From NCBI GenBank assembly GCA_951406725.2, contig OX597831.1, forward strand, positions 47,926,001 through 47,990,000: a stretch of 64,000 bases of DNA, written 5' to 3'. The DNA is from Octopus vulgaris. Lineage: Eukaryota. Both the position numbers and the translations under genes were made by a program. Shown one piece after another: positions 26,705 through 40,796 of the stretch. How positions within the stretch are numbered: position 1 is the stretch's first letter; the number at the start of each line of letters is the position of its first letter. Under the pieces are notes generated by a model. The model saw only the letters and a program-made list of their open reading frames with translations, was not told the DNA's origin and ran no database searches.

Positions 26705-27305
26705 TATATGCATGTAATATATAGCAATACCTGTGATGACACAGCTTCCAAGCTGTATCAGCCCAAGTCAACAGTATTTCCTTTGGATAGACAACATCAG
26801 TGATGTAGAGAAAGGAGACATGCACAGATGATTACCTACTGGCTTTTGTCAATCTTGCCCAGGACCCGACATCCATGTAAAGATGCATGGTGAAACTTGA
26901 ATACTGAAGGCCATTTGATATTCACATCAAGAAACACTTAGCAAATACTAGAAGTATGATGCCATTAACAAGCTACTTATTAATTAAAAGAGAGCAGTTT
27001 TATTTTAATGACAATTGATTTCCTTTACAGACGTTGTGATTTTTCAATTATTTTCTGCTCTCATTCTTAATGTTCCACATGATTTATTGAATGAAGAATT
27101 AAATTGGGTGGCAGATGTTCTTATCATTTGACCTTTGCTGTCCGACATTTAGTAGTTAAAGACATAGTTGTCTGTGTGGTTAAGAAGTTCATACACATGT
27201 AGTTCCAGTTTCCAGATCAATAAACTCATTGATGGAAAAACTTGGTAGATAAAAAACTACGGGACTACACAGAAATCTACGCTGTGTGTATGTCAATGTG
27301 TTATT

Positions 27306-27342
<37 letters not shown>

Positions 27343-27388
27343 TTATCTGTACACACACATACATATATATATATATATGCATATATAT

Positions 27389-27456
<68 letters not shown>

Positions 27457-27519
27457 TTATATATATATGTGTGTGTGTGTTTGTATCTGGATATACATAT
27501 ATGTATATATATATATATA

Positions 27520-28205
27520 TATGGAGTTAAACGCAGGTGTTATTCAAATTCTTTACTTCCGACACATGCTTCAAAGATATCACTGGTATTATTCTAAAGG
27601 AATAAAATGGTGTAAAAGAATGTAATCTTCTCTTCAGGGAAATGAAGAAATGAAACTCGTCAATAAGACATTTTAACAGAAAATGATGGATATGTATAGT
27701 GATTAACTGAACACTATCAAGTTTGTTTCAAAAAAACGTTAGAAGATATAACGTCAAATGTAGCCTATAGAAAGAGGAGGGGTAAAAAAACACAAATAAA
27801 TGAGAAGTATATAACTATATGTATATTAAATAAAACCATATAGACTTGGAAGAAGATATATCTAGTGAATGGGAAATATAAGAAGAAGATTAATGTTTAA
27901 AATATATATAATGATAGATATCACCTATATGAACTAAAGGTGTGTTTCTGCCAATGTATGCACGCTCTATAACCGTGTTTATAAGGGGAGTTTTAGTAAA
28001 AAGAATAAAAAATAGTTCAGAATTACAGAGAAGACAGAATTCCTTGCCTTTGTCATAAGGTATAGAGATTGAGAGAATCAACCAATCTAAATTAAATTGT
28101 TTATTGTGATCTTTTAGATATCAAATTAATTTACTAAGCTCTGTACTGTTACGTTTATTCCTATCCCTAAATGTAGAATGACGATTAGAAATTCTTTTAG
28201 ATATA
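27520..28205 (-). mobile_element. Naiad-like PLE 3' end (GIY-YIG C-terminus plus 3'UTR)
   Basis: KRISNRHSTFRDRNKRNSTELSKLI*YLKDHNKQFNLDWLILSISIPYDKGKEFCLLCNSELFFILF. Confidence 0.8.
27555..27643 (-). ncRNA. Type-I hammerhead ribozyme with one core substitution
   Basis: ATTTCC-CTGAAGA-GAAGAT...ATCTTT-GAAGC-ATGT-GTC-GGAAGT; A15.1 to G. Confidence 0.7.
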
Positions 28206-28206
28206 C

Positions 28207-28279
<73 letters not shown>

Positions 28280-28472
28280 TAACACATTGACATACACACA
28301 GTGTAGAATTCTGTGTAGACCCTTAGTTTTATATCTACTAAGTTTCTCCATCAATGAGTTTATTGATCTGGAAACTGGAACTACATTTGTATGGACTTCT
28401 TATAATTTAGACTATCTATCGTATGTTGTATATATATCTTTATATATTTGTATTTATGTTCTTTCTGAGTAT

Positions 28473-28531
28473 ATTCCACTGATGAAGGCAAGGCATTTCT
28501 TATGCAGAGCCAGAAATCCGGAATCTGGAAT
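28473..28531 (+). ncRNA. Type-I hammerhead ribozyme, intact core
   Basis: ATTCCA-CTGATGA-A-GGC..GCC-A-GAAAT-CCGGA-ATC-TGGAAT; perfect 6-bp stem I; TCCGGA palindrome; predicted cut after C28525. Confidence 0.8.
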
Positions 28532-28760
28532 TATCCAGTAATTTCTTTTTGATAGTTTATTTTGTCTCTGTGTTTCTTCTTCACTCCTGGTTTTGTATGA
28601 ACATTTAATGTGGTTTTAGAGTCAAGTTTTGACTGCTATTTCCAGCGTGGTGGTATCTCTTAGATACCCTAAATTATAATTTTAGATAATTATTACCTTT
28701 GAAGGTTTTTATTCCCATGCTGGCTACCTGATAAGATTGGTATTCAAATATCGATCTTAT

Positions 28761-28818
<58 letters not shown>

Positions 28819-29253
28819 ATATACATATCTGTATATAAGCAGGAAAGACAGATAAACAAAAGTAGGTATACACTACTTACCTGCATCTTCTGATTAGAAT
28901 GCCATGAATTTATATTGCAAGGTTTTCAAATTGCACACTAGTCCATACACCAACAAAATAATTGGGTCTCATAACATTACGTACCTGGTTAATGGCACCA
29001 GTCATCTACTATGTGAAATAGCTGTACAGAAGAGTCTTCATTACATCATATGTTTGTATACACAACTTTCCATGTGAATACTTACCTTTTGCCTACTTTT
29101 GTTTATCTGCATTTTCTGTTTTCATCACTACTACTAAACAAAGGCCATTCTTATACCCAACTCTTCTTATCTCAGCACTACCTGCTGATTAGCTATACCA
29201 TGCTTATGTTAGCATTCTATAACACATTCTTTATACATACAAACATGTTTTAT

Positions 29254-29297
<44 letters not shown>

Positions 29298-29335
29298 TTT
29301 ATTTAAAGCAGCAGAAAATTCATTTGTTTACTCCG

Positions 29336-29430
<95 letters not shown>

Positions 29431-29588
29431 TATATACCATAAAAAGCCACAAATCTTGTAACACAACTACCCAGGATTTCCTGATTGAAATGATTATTCC
29501 AATTATCAAGCTGAGAACAAGACCCCATAATTATATACATACATACATTCATACATACATACATACATACATACATACATACATACAT

Positions 29589-29653
<65 letters not shown>

Positions 29654-29984
29654 TACATACATAAAATTTCATGCTGGCAATGTAAACAAACATTGTAAAA
29701 TCAACATCGTTTCTATTTCATTTTCTTTCACATGTCTTATTACTTCTATTTGCCTTTGATGAACTGTATAAACCTTGAACATTAGATCCTTTTGTATTTC
29801 TTTCATTTAATATATTTATTTTCATTGTACACATTCTTTGATTGTTATTGGTTCCTTTAATATTCTTGTGTTTTTTCCACCATGCATTTTACTGGTCTCT
29901 TCCTTACTTTATAACCTTCCTGTTTTATTTGTGTGTCTTTTATCTACCTATATATATATGCATGCATGTGTGTGTATGTGTGTA

Positions 29985-30074
<90 letters not shown>

Positions 30075-30812
30075 TGAGTGAGTGAGTGAGTGAGTGAATG
30101 AATGAATATCTACGCTGTATATCAGTAAAGAATACAGTATAAATGGTAATGAAAAAGCATTCAAAAAGTTCTTTATGTATACAGTCTCTTTAGATGTTTG
30201 TTCTGCACCAGCTTACTGACACTTTTTTGTCAATTTTGGACCATCAGAAATACAGTTTTATGTATCAGTAAATTTTGTCTCATAAATTTGCATACTGAAC
30301 GGCGCCCATTGGATGTACAAGGAGATGCTTTAAAGATAAATGTATAACTTCCCTTCATTACAGTTAACTATTTCTTTCATTGTATGTTTTCCAAGTTAAA
30401 TATGTTTCATATGGCTGGAAAGTAGTTGAAATGCTGCTGAGATATTATTACTAAGAAGTGACTACAGCCTTAGGTCTCTATACAGTGCCATATATTCTTA
30501 ATGAATAAAGATGAAAATGACTGAATATTTAGAGCAATATATTTCACCAGTTGTCAAACAAAGGGAAAACTGATGACGTTTAGACGTCCATTGAGAATAG
30601 ATAATGAACAAATGTTCACAACATCAGGACAGGATTAGGCATTCACCTTAATTCTATTACATAATTCTTCTGCTTTTGACTATACTATTGCATCATAATT
30701 GTTTCCAAATTGTGTTTGCCAAGGATGTGCCTTGAGTAAATACTCATGATTGGCAGTAGGTAATTAATAATGAAAATTGTCAACAAAAGGCCTCATCACT
30801 ATAACTGACACA

Positions 30813-30866
<54 letters not shown>

Positions 30867-31924
30867 TACACACACATTATGTAATACAATGTTATATACT
30901 TAGTTCTCACAGCATGCAATTCATATTACTATATATGGTTTCATGTTTAAGAACCTTCTTAGTGTGACAAGACAAATCAACAATCACTGAACATGGCTAA
31001 ATGGAAAAGCATAGCTTGCACTCTTTAATACCAAAGGTTCTGTATCAACCACATCCAGATGTGGGTCTCAGAGATGTAAAGAAAATAAAACTGGAATGTA
31101 CCTCACAGATGAAAAAATACAGTAGAAAATTAGTTAAAAGACTCAAGGTTGGCTTGTAAGCCATCAGCACTATGTTCTGTAGAGTGGTCTCTTTTAGCCA
31201 TTGTCCAGTATGCCAGCGTTCAAATTTTTGTATATGTGGTTGTGGGTTGTAGAAGGGGTAAGGGTGAGGTGGTGAGGGAGCAGAGAGTGAGAAAGAGAAA
31301 GAGAAAGAGAGATAGAAAGAAAGGTAGGGTGGTTTGGAGGGTATGTGTGATTTCATATGTGTACGGGTGTCATTGAAGTGATAATTTCACTATTTATGGT
31401 GATACAGGTCTACTAACAGGGGAAGACCCAACCCATATTACTATTCAGGTGGAGCCAGCCAGTTGGCTAAGACATATTTCTGTTTGTTGTGAGGACAAAG
31501 GGAAAACGATTTTATTTGTTACTTGTTTCAGTCTTCGGATTGCAGCCATGCTGGAGCAGCACCTTGAAGGGCTTTAGTCAAATAAATCAAATCCTGACAC
31601 TTATTTTATCATCTTCTTTTGTTGAACCACCAAATTATAGGGATGTAAACAAACCAGAACCAGTTGTCAAGTAGTATTGAGGACCAACACAATACACACA
31701 CACACACACACACGCTATATATATATATATATAAATATATAAACACAACTTACCATCTATAGTAATACTAGTTACAATAATATTTTTAATAATTAATGAT
31801 ATTTATGCCATGCCAGCATGGAAGGCGGACATAACACAATGATGATGATGATGATGATGAATACTAATAGATATAATTATAATAATAGCAACAATAACAT
31901 TTATTGAAGGTATTAACCCAAAAT

Positions 31925-32252
31925 ACCCACCTTGGGCGAGTGTCTTCTATTATAGCCTCGGGCCGTCCTAAGCCTTGTGAAAGGATTTGGTAGATGGAAA
32001 CTGAAGGAAGCCCTTCGTGTGTGTATATATATCTGTATGTATTTGTGTGTCTGTGTTTGTATGCCTGCTATCGGTTGCCAACTGATGTTGATGTGTTTAC
32101 TTCCCCATAATCTAGCAGTTCAGCAAAAGCGACCGATAGAATAAGTACTAGGCTTACAAAGATTAAGTCCTGTGGTCAATTTATTTGACTAAAGACAGTG
32201 CACCAGCATGGTCATAGTCAAATGATGGCAACAAGTTAAAGAATAAAAGAAT
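31925..32252 (+). mobile_element. SINE family A, 5'-truncated
   Basis: CACCTTGGGCGAGTGTCTTCT...GACCGATAGAATAAGTACTAGGC. Confidence 0.8.
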
Positions 32253-32565
32253 ATGTATATATATTGTATGGTGAATCTGTTCACCCTGCCCAGTGATTGG
32301 CTAAGTGAACTATACTAGTATAAATGAGCATGTGCAGAACAGTCTGAGAAGAGTGTCATATATGCAGTCATAGTGTACAGGTCGTAGGAATTATTGAATA
32401 GAGATATCATGGAATACTTGTTGAAGATACACAGTTGGAGAGTAATAAGAGGACATCAGGAATGTTTAATATTATAACAGTTCAGAGATAACAGTGACGT
32501 TGAGAAGTCATATGTCATATCAATATATATACTTATATATACACATACATACATACATACATACA

Positions 32566-32659
<94 letters not shown>

Positions 32660-32824
32660 GACTTCCTTCAGTTTCTATCTACCAAATCCACTTAGAAAGC
32701 TTTGGTCAACCTGGGGCTATAGCAGAAAACACCTGTCCAAGGTGCCATGGAGTGGGACTGAACCTGGAAACAAACTTTTTGGCACACTGCCATGCCTGCA
32801 CCTAATATATATTTTTTAAAAAAC

Positions 32825-33290
32825 CATACACATAAACTTCGTTTGGGGATTTGGGTTGCAAGATTCTTTATGTGAGTTTGTGTGTTGAAGCATATTTTGT
32901 TGTGTCTGGGGAGAGCCATTCTCTTTTAGAGCCTTATTATTTAACACACTCAAAAGTAAAGTTCCACTCATTTACTTATTTTGTCCTAAAATTTATGTCG
33001 TGTCTTGCAATTTTTTCAATAGTCATTGGATCTTTCCATTATCTAAGCTGTGTTCTTTTTTTTTCTTATGTGTATGCACACACACACACATTAACTCACA
33101 CAGATGTGCACAGACAAAAAGAACACAGCTCAGATAATGAACAGAACCAACGACTATTGAAAAGATTGCAAGATGCAACAAAAATTTTGGGAAAAATAAA
33201 TAAGTAAATGGGTGGAAATTGAACTGGTAAGTGTGTTAAATAATAAGGCACTAAAAGAGAATGATTCTCCCCAGACACAACAATATATAC
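32825..33290. mobile_element. Fold-back repeat with about 170-bp imperfect inverted arms (possible PLE)
   Basis: 32892-33060 vs 33116-33288, e.g. TTGTTGTGTCTGGGGAGA / TCTCCCCAGACACAACAA; related snippet at 6549-6576. Confidence 0.65.
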
Positions 33291-33544
33291 ACATAAGATT
33301 TCAGTATTTAATTGAACACTAATTATTAATGAATATTTTAGATGCAAACTAATTTATATTTTCTATGCTAAAGAGGTGAGATTAATAATTCACAAGTTGG
33401 CAGATATTAATCTGTTTGTACCATCTTGACTTTGATTTATCATTAGTGTGGTGTTATCATAGTTTAAAACAAAGGTTTTCTGTGTTTTGGGTTTATCAAA
33501 ATTTATTTTCTGGTGCACTGAAGATCAAATACAAAAATATTCTT

Positions 33545-33760
33545 TTCTTTTCTACTCTAGGCACAAGGCCCGAAATTTTTGGGGAGTGGGGGCAGTCGAT
33601 TAGATCAACTCCAGTATGCAACTGGTACTTAATTTATCGACACCGAAAGGATGAAAGGCAAAGTCTACCTCAGTGGAATTTGAACTCAGAATGTAAAGAT
33701 AGACATAATTCTGCTAAGCATTTCGCCCAGCGTGCTAACATTTCTACCAGCTCAACGCCT
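33545..33760 (-). mobile_element. SINE family D variant
   Basis: GGATGAAAGGCAAAGTC...GAATTTGAACTCAGAA...GCTAACATTTCTACCAGCTC. Confidence 0.8.
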
Positions 33761-33884
33761 TCAAATACAAAAATATTACTTTTGCACTTTGCATGGAAAA
33801 TTAAAATATTATGTTTTGAAGTAAAAAAAAAAAAATTAGAAAGAATATACAGGATACCATTGTTTTCTTTGTTTTATTAATCAT

Positions 33885-34113
33885 GTGGAAGATGGCAGAA
33901 ACGTTAGCACACTGGGCGAAATGCTTAGTGGTATTTCGTCTGCCACTACGTTCTGAGTTCAAATTCTGCTGAGGTCGACTTTGCCTTTCATCCTTTCGGG
34001 GTTGATTAAATAAGTACCAGTTATGCACTGGGGTCGATATAATTGACTTAATTCATTTGTCTGTCCTTGTTTGTCCCCTCTGTGTTTAGCCCCTTGTGGG
34101 CAGTAAAGAAATA
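33885..34113 (+). mobile_element. SINE family D, full length
   Basis: GGCAGAAACGTTAGCAC...TTCTGAGTTCAAATTC...CCCCTTGTGGGCAGTAAAGAAATA. Confidence 0.88.
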
Positions 34114-34329
34114 AAAAAAACTAATCATGTTCTTCACAATCAGTGAACTGAAGGAATTGTTTCAGGACAAAAGTGCCTAGCAGCATATCATCTGGCTCTT
34201 CACATTCTGTGTTCAAATCCTGATGAGGTCAACTTCACCTTTCAGCCTTGTAGGATTGGTAAAGTTTGATGTAAGCAGCTTCCAATCTTCTCAAAATTGC
34301 TGGCCTTCTGCCTGAATTAGAAAAAAACT

Positions 34330-36380
34330 AACCATATTCTTCAGTCATTTTTGTGTGATTCTATGATAATCACAATCTTATTTCTGCTTCAAGGCATTTG
34401 ATAGTTTCCCTATTTTGCATTTAATGTTGATCAGTGAAGAAAATCCTAATTCACACAAATTTAGTGGTGAAAATGGAATCGAAATAGGCAAAGCTTATTT
34501 TTTTCAGTAACCGAAATGATAGTCTTCTCTGATGGAAAGCCAACACTTTTCAAGAGACAGTTCCTCATATTTGAATTTTGGTCTAAAATTATTGGATATA
34601 ACATCCCATTCTTTAGATTTAGATTATTTCAAACATAAATTGAACTTCCATGAAAGGTTTGCGATCTAGTTATTTGGCTCAATACTTAATAATGAAAAAT
34701 AAGCTCGATTCTTTTTCTAGAGTTGTCAAACACTCAACTGTGACAGGAGTAATTTCCTTTATATGGTTCTACTTACCAAAAGAAACATTCAAAATTGCCA
34801 TTTCTAGCTTTCTTTTCCCAAATTATTATTTTCTTCTGAAACATTGATAGTTTCTTTGGAGATGAAAGGTTATTTTTATGTTTAACTTGCATACTTTCAG
34901 TCAGATTGTTAAGGTGCTGGAATTTACTTGTCAAATATTTCGGGTTAGAAATCCAAAATTCACATTGAAGATATCCACAAAATTGTTTTCGTTTTATGTT
35001 TTCAAAGGATGCAAGAAACTCTTTCCAGTGTTCCTACTCATGGCAGAATGCCCCACCTCCTTTGACAAGTCATACCATTGCAGTGTGTAAAATCCACTTC
35101 AATACAAATTGTCTCAAACAAAGGGATCTTTAATGGTCTTTTTAATAAAATTAACCATGTTGACAACTTGATCAAAAACTTGTCTCCATTCAACTCCTAC
35201 TGATTTGGCAATCAAGAACTCTCTGTGTAAAACACAGTTAGTTGAAATAACATTGGAATTTTGCTATTTTGCCAAGTGTTGTAACCCCTTTTATGTATTT
35301 TACCGTAGAAGGAGCTCCATCACTACAACTACTGCCATTACATGATTGCTATGAGAAGTCACATTCCCCAAAGTAGTTATTTCAAATATAAAAAAAATGT
35401 CTTCACCGTTTATACTACCTGGCATTTATTTGATTTTAAAAAAGCACTATTCGATCTGCATTAACAAAACAAGCGAATGTCCAAAGCTACGTTTTATTGG
35501 AAAAATCTGTTGACTATTCAATTTGCAAAGCAAAATTTGAATGATGGAGTTTATCATGGCATACAATTTCTTCAATGTCAGCAAATAATTCCAAATTACA
35601 CATACAAACTGTATCATTTGAAATAGGACTTTTACTTATTTCATCTACTCAATCTCATTGCATCACCTTACAGTGATCTTGCATGCAGGTAAAACAAAGG
35701 ACTCTCCAAAATATGAGACTCCATTTTTATTGAGAATCATTTCAGATATTTTAAAAAAGGCAATTTGTGCTTCTTCAGAAATAGCTTACTCTCTCTTTTA
35801 CTCTTTTACTTGTTTCAGTCATTTGACTGCAGCCATGCTGGAGCACTGCCTTTTAGTCAAGTAAATCAACACCAGGACTTATTCTTTGTAAGCCTAGTAC
35901 TTATTCTATAGATCTCTTTGCTGAACCGCTAAGTTACAGGAATGCAAACACACACACACATATATATATACATATATATACGATGGGCTTCTTTCAGTTT
36001 CCGTCTACCAAATCCACTCACCAGGCTTTGGTCGGCCCAAGGCTATAGTAGAAGACACTTGTCCAAAGGTTCCACGCAGTGGGACTGAACCTGGAACCAC
36101 GTGATTCATAAGCAAGCTACATACCACACAGCCACTCCTGTTTCTTTAATACTATTAAAAATATTTGATTATGTTCTGATAACTCTTTAAAACAATGTGA
36201 ATATTTTCTTTGAAAATAATGTTTGCTTTTGAAAAGTTTCTTTCCAACTTGTTATGAAGCTGGGATTTGTTTCATGCCCACATTACAAAACATTGTGGTG
36301 AAGGTTGGTGGTCATTTCCAGTTCAAGAAAAACCAAACTTTAAATGACTGTCATTGTATTGCAGATTAGATTCTAAACAT
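34330..36380 (-). mobile_element. Heavily decayed hAT (Charlie/Buster-like) transposase remnant, interrupted by a SINE
   Basis: Manual translation fragments: LKFGFS..PQC; FALQIE*STD; CSDGAPS; TNCVLHRE...VFDQVVNMVNFIK. Confidence 0.7.
35787..36140 (-). mobile_element. SINE family A
   Basis: Head and tail both present; internal deletion. Confidence 0.88.
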
Positions 36381-36437
36381 TATGAATTATTAGCATTTGA
36401 TTCATGATGCTTATCAGATTCACCCTTTTCTTATTTA

Positions 36438-36690
36438 GGCTGGATGGTTTGACAGGAGCTGGCTAACTGGAGAGCTGTTCAGGCTCCAATAATCTGATTC
36501 AGCATGGTTTCTATGGCTGGCTGCCCTTCCTAGTGCCCTTCTTGTGCCCTTCCTAGTGCCCTTCTTGTGCCCTTCCTAGTGCCAACAACTTTACAGAGTT
36601 TGATAGGTGTTTTTTACATGCCACCGGAATTAGTGCATTTCATGTGGCACTGGCACATGGGCATTTTCTGTGGCACCAGTACCTGCAAGA
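36438..36690 (-). mobile_element. Degenerate family C with local 23-bp tandem expansion
   Basis: TGCCCTTCCTAGTGCCCTTCTTG x2.5 at 36522-36583. Confidence 0.6.
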
Positions 36691-37082
36691 CAAAGACCTC
36701 TCAACTGGGAGATGGCATGGGGGACATGACCATAAAGGACATGACTGTATATATGGATGGCCACGATCTTACTTAGCTTGACATGTTTTCTCAAGCACTT
36801 ATCTACCTATGTTCACAGACAGATATTAAGAATGGTTGCATTCAGTGCATGACAATTTTACAGTTCAGATTTCAGCTCTTATTGGTAACCATATTATACT
36901 CTTACCATTGCTTCATTGCAAAGGGGTCTGTGCAGTCTGATTATGTATGCAGCATTTACAAGGTGTATCTAAGGATTGCATTTATAGTGTGATGTCATTT
37001 AATTACTGAATACTGAAGGATGTGGAACAGATATGATAGAAGAATATCAAATTCACATGCATGTTCTTTTCTCTCATTAGCA

Positions 37083-37238
37083 TGAGTGGCTGTGTGGTAA
37101 GTAGCTTGCTTACCAACCACATGGTTCCGGGTTCATTCCCACTGTGTGGCATCTTGGGTAAGTGTCTTCTACTATTGCCTCGAGCTGACCAAAGCCTTGT
37201 GAGTGGATTTGGTAGACAGAAACTGAAAGAAATCCATC

Positions 37239-37310
<72 letters not shown>

Positions 37311-37511
37311 CTATGTTTGTGTGTCTGTGTTTGTCCCCTCAACATCGCTTGACAACTGATGATGGTGTGTTTACATCCCTGTGACTTAGCAGTTCAGCAA
37401 AAGAGACCGATAGAATAAGTACTAGGCTTCCAAAGTATAAGTCCTGGGGTCGATTTGCTCGACTAAAGGCGGTGCTCCAGCATGGCCGCACTCAAATGAC
37501 TGAAACAAGTA
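37083..37511 (+). mobile_element. SINE family A, full length
   Basis: As 9452-9831. Confidence 0.9.
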
Positions 37512-37533
37512 TAATCAGTCATCATAGATATAT

Positions 37534-37616
<83 letters not shown>

Positions 37617-38315
37617 TTATACGTGTGTGTGTGTGTATGTAAAATGACATCCTCACATGTTTGCATATATGACTACTTTCCGTCTGTAACTATTAGACAG
37701 AGTTGAAGTAAAGAAGGAAAGATATTAAAGAAAATGACAAATATTGCTACAGAGAGAAAAAGAAAATTGAGGATGAAAGTGAGAGATAGATAAGAGTATG
37801 GGAGTGGGAGGAGTAACAGGAGACAGACAGTAATTAATGAGGATACACAGATAGGAGAGAGGAAGTGTAGCGAAAGCTAAAAAGAGAGAGAAAGAGAGAA
37901 AGAAATTTGAAAGTGGAATGCTGGGAAGGTCAAAGTAAGAACTAGGTTTAAACAGTAAGAGAGATATATAAAGAGAAAGTGAGAGTATTAGAGAGAGAGA
38001 GAGAGAGAAAGAGAGAGTGAAGAAAACATAGGAATATAAAACAGATTTTGACATCACTGTGTCTCATTTCATAGTCTCTTTACCCCTCTCTGCGTATCTT
38101 TCTGAAGTGTTTTTGAAGTGTACCTTATGCCATGTTTAATTAAAAATCTTCCTGTGCAATATCTGAAGAATGAGATTTCTTTTAGTGTGTTGTTATAATG
38201 TCAGTTTCATTTTCTCTAAAGATTCGTACAGGAGATGTAAGGTCTTTTGTGTATATGTATATAATTATGCATGTGTATATGTATATATATGTGTGTGTGT
38301 GTATATATATATATA

Positions 38316-38610
38316 TGGGACAAGAACGCAAAACATCCAGACAGTTAGGAGATACAAAAATGGGATGACAAAACATCCAGATAGACGATACAAAGAAAAC
38401 AAGGACGGGTCATTTTGGATTTTTCTTTCTTCAGTCGAGTTCCAGATTATCTTTGCAATTTCAGCTGGTTATTGCTCCAATCCGGCCAGCCCCAAGGAAA
38501 AACTAAGCTAAGGGCATTAGATTCCTTGGAAGAAAGCAGCGAATGTATACCAAAACAAGGACAGAAGAAATGTGGAGAATGTTACACAAATACAAATAAC
38601 AGGACATAAC
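38316..38610 (-). mobile_element. Probable PLE 3'-end fragment
   Basis: Same family as 2226-2349. Confidence 0.45.
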
Positions 38611-38749
38611 GACCCCAGGAATTATTCTTCGTAAGCCTAATACTTATTCTATCAGTCCCTTTTACTGAACCGCTAAGTTACAGGGACCTAAACACACCAG
38701 CATCGGTTGTCAAGCAATGTTGGGGGACAAACACAGATACACAACATAT

Positions 38750-38792
<43 letters not shown>

Positions 38793-39128
38793 TAGAGGGG
38801 GAGAATTCACAAAAAAAAACAAAAGACAAAGACAGGTGGTGTAGACAACAAACAGATGTATTAGTTTAATGCTTGGGAAGTGAAAAGGTCTTTAACGTTT
38901 CCACAGAAAGGAACACAGAAAGAAACAAAAAGAGAAAATAAAGAATGTGTTGTAGCTAATGATCCATCATATATACGACAGGCTTCTTTTAGTTTTTGTC
39001 TACCAAATCCACTCACAAGGGTTTGGTTAGCCTGAGGCTATAGTAGAAGACACTTGGCCAAGGTGCCACGCAGCAGGACTGAACCCGGAACCATGTGTTT
39101 GGTAAGCAAGCTACTTACCACACAGCCA
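38611..39128 (-). mobile_element. SINE family A interrupted at its internal microsatellite by a PLE end (38795-38970)
   Basis: SINE halves at 38611-38790 and 38971-39128; insert matches 15584-15783 with HHR stem II deleted (CTTT-CTGTGGA-AACGTT-AAAG). Confidence 0.8.
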
Positions 39129-39216
39129 CCATGTTTTCTTTCCTTTTCCTTCTTCCCTTTGTTTATGCTGTATGCTCTTGTTTTTTATTCTGATGAATCT
39201 CCATTGCCTTTTCAAT

Positions 39217-39299
39217 TGTCCTATGAAGATGAAGAACTTTATTCTTGCATTTATCTATAGACAGCATTTTGGTAATTGATCTGAAATGGCCGTAAGATA
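39217..39299 (+). ncRNA. Highly degenerate hammerhead-like motif
   Basis: TGTCCT-ATGAAGA...GAAAT-GGCC-GTA-AGATA; several mismatches. Confidence 0.3.
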
Positions 39300-40124
39300 T
39301 GATACATCACCATTTTGTTATGTCATGCTTTGTATTAAAAAAATAACCTATAAATGTGGTCTAATCAATGTGTTTGCTAATCTGTGGTTTTCTCCATTTT
39401 CTAATTAGTTGTATATTTATATATAAAGGCAAAATGAAAGTTGGTGAAGGACTTAAGCTGTAGCACTGTCATAAATATTTGCAATTTACAACGATATAAG
39501 AAGTTTACTTCCCAGCAATTTGTTTCAGGTTCAGTCCTACACTGTGGCACCTTGAACAAATGTATTCTGCTATAGCTCTTGACTGAGTAAAGCCTTGTAA
39601 ATACATTTGGTAGATGGAAACTGAAAGAAGCCTATTAAATTTGCATATATTTATGTGTATTTATATATGTGTATATGTGCATGTGTGTGTCTCCTTGTGC
39701 TGATGTCACAAGATAGTTGTAAATGAGTGTCACTGTCATACAAGCAGTGTCGTTCATTTCTAATATTTTGCTAAAGAAAATATGTCTTGCAATGGGGGAA
39801 TAGTATCTTCCTTTGAATCAGGTGATAATTGAAACAGGAAGTGGGGGTCAGGCTGCAGAAAGGTGCTTCTTTGATAGACAACCCATGCAAGCATGGAAAA
39901 GGGAATAGGTGTGTTTTGAGCATAGAAAAGTGAACATAGGCTTACAACAAATAGGTTCTGAGGTTCTGGGGTCGATTTCTTTGACTAAAAAAGAAAACTT
40001 TTAAAGGTGGTACTCCAGCATGGACACAATCAAATGACTAAAGCAGGTAAAAGAATAAAAATATAAAATAGATTCCCCCATATGCACAATACACCTCACT
40101 GACAAACAAAGAGAAAGACAAACA

Positions 40125-40475
40125 ACAAACACACACATGCAAACAAACACACACATGCAAACAAACACACACACACATGCATGCATATATACACGTGCAT
40201 GCACACACACACATGCACACACTCATGTTCACACACACATGCACACACATGTTCACACTCAGATGCACACACACACACGTGCACTCACATGTGCACATAC
40301 ATGCATGTACACACACACATGTGTACACATATGCTTACACACACCCACACATGTACCCACACATGTGCACACACACTCACAAACACCCACACACTCACAC
40401 ACACACACTCACACACTCACACTCACACACACACACACTCACACACACTCACACATGCACACACACACACACACA
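40125..40475. repeat. Degenerate (CA)n/(CACAT) microsatellite
   Basis: Direct reading. Confidence 0.9.
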
Positions 40476-40796
40476 AAAAACCGATTTCCATAATCATTTC
40501 ATTTGAATGTCTTGGGAAATGAATGTTGATTGAATGAGATTTTTAAAAGCTGTTGTTGAATGTTCTCTGTGGAATAATACCATCTCTTTGAATTCGGCTA
40601 AAATCAACTGAACTCTTGATTAATTCCAAAATATTTGCAAGAAAAAAAAAATTAGTATACATAATTTTATATACACAGTAACTTAGTTGCATAGACACCA
40701 AAGAGTATCGATTATTAACAATTTATTTTCATCAAAATACACTTTATATACTCAGATCAGAGTATTTGCCATGTACCACTTCCATGAGACTATGTA

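Larger units (their letters stand above)
27197..28600. mobile_element. Fold-back PLE remnant with a second PLE nested in its centre
   Basis: 27197-27340 is the inverted copy of 28208-28386; right arm continues into HHR at 28473. Confidence 0.7.

Noticed and set aside
28121-28123. In-frame TGA in Naiad-like EN as selenocysteine
   Set aside because: Falls at a normally Trp position (LSKxIW), so it is simple TGG to TGA decay; no SECIS recognised
30570-30590. CTGATGA-CGT-TTAG-ACG hammerhead start
   Set aside because: No following GAAA or stem I
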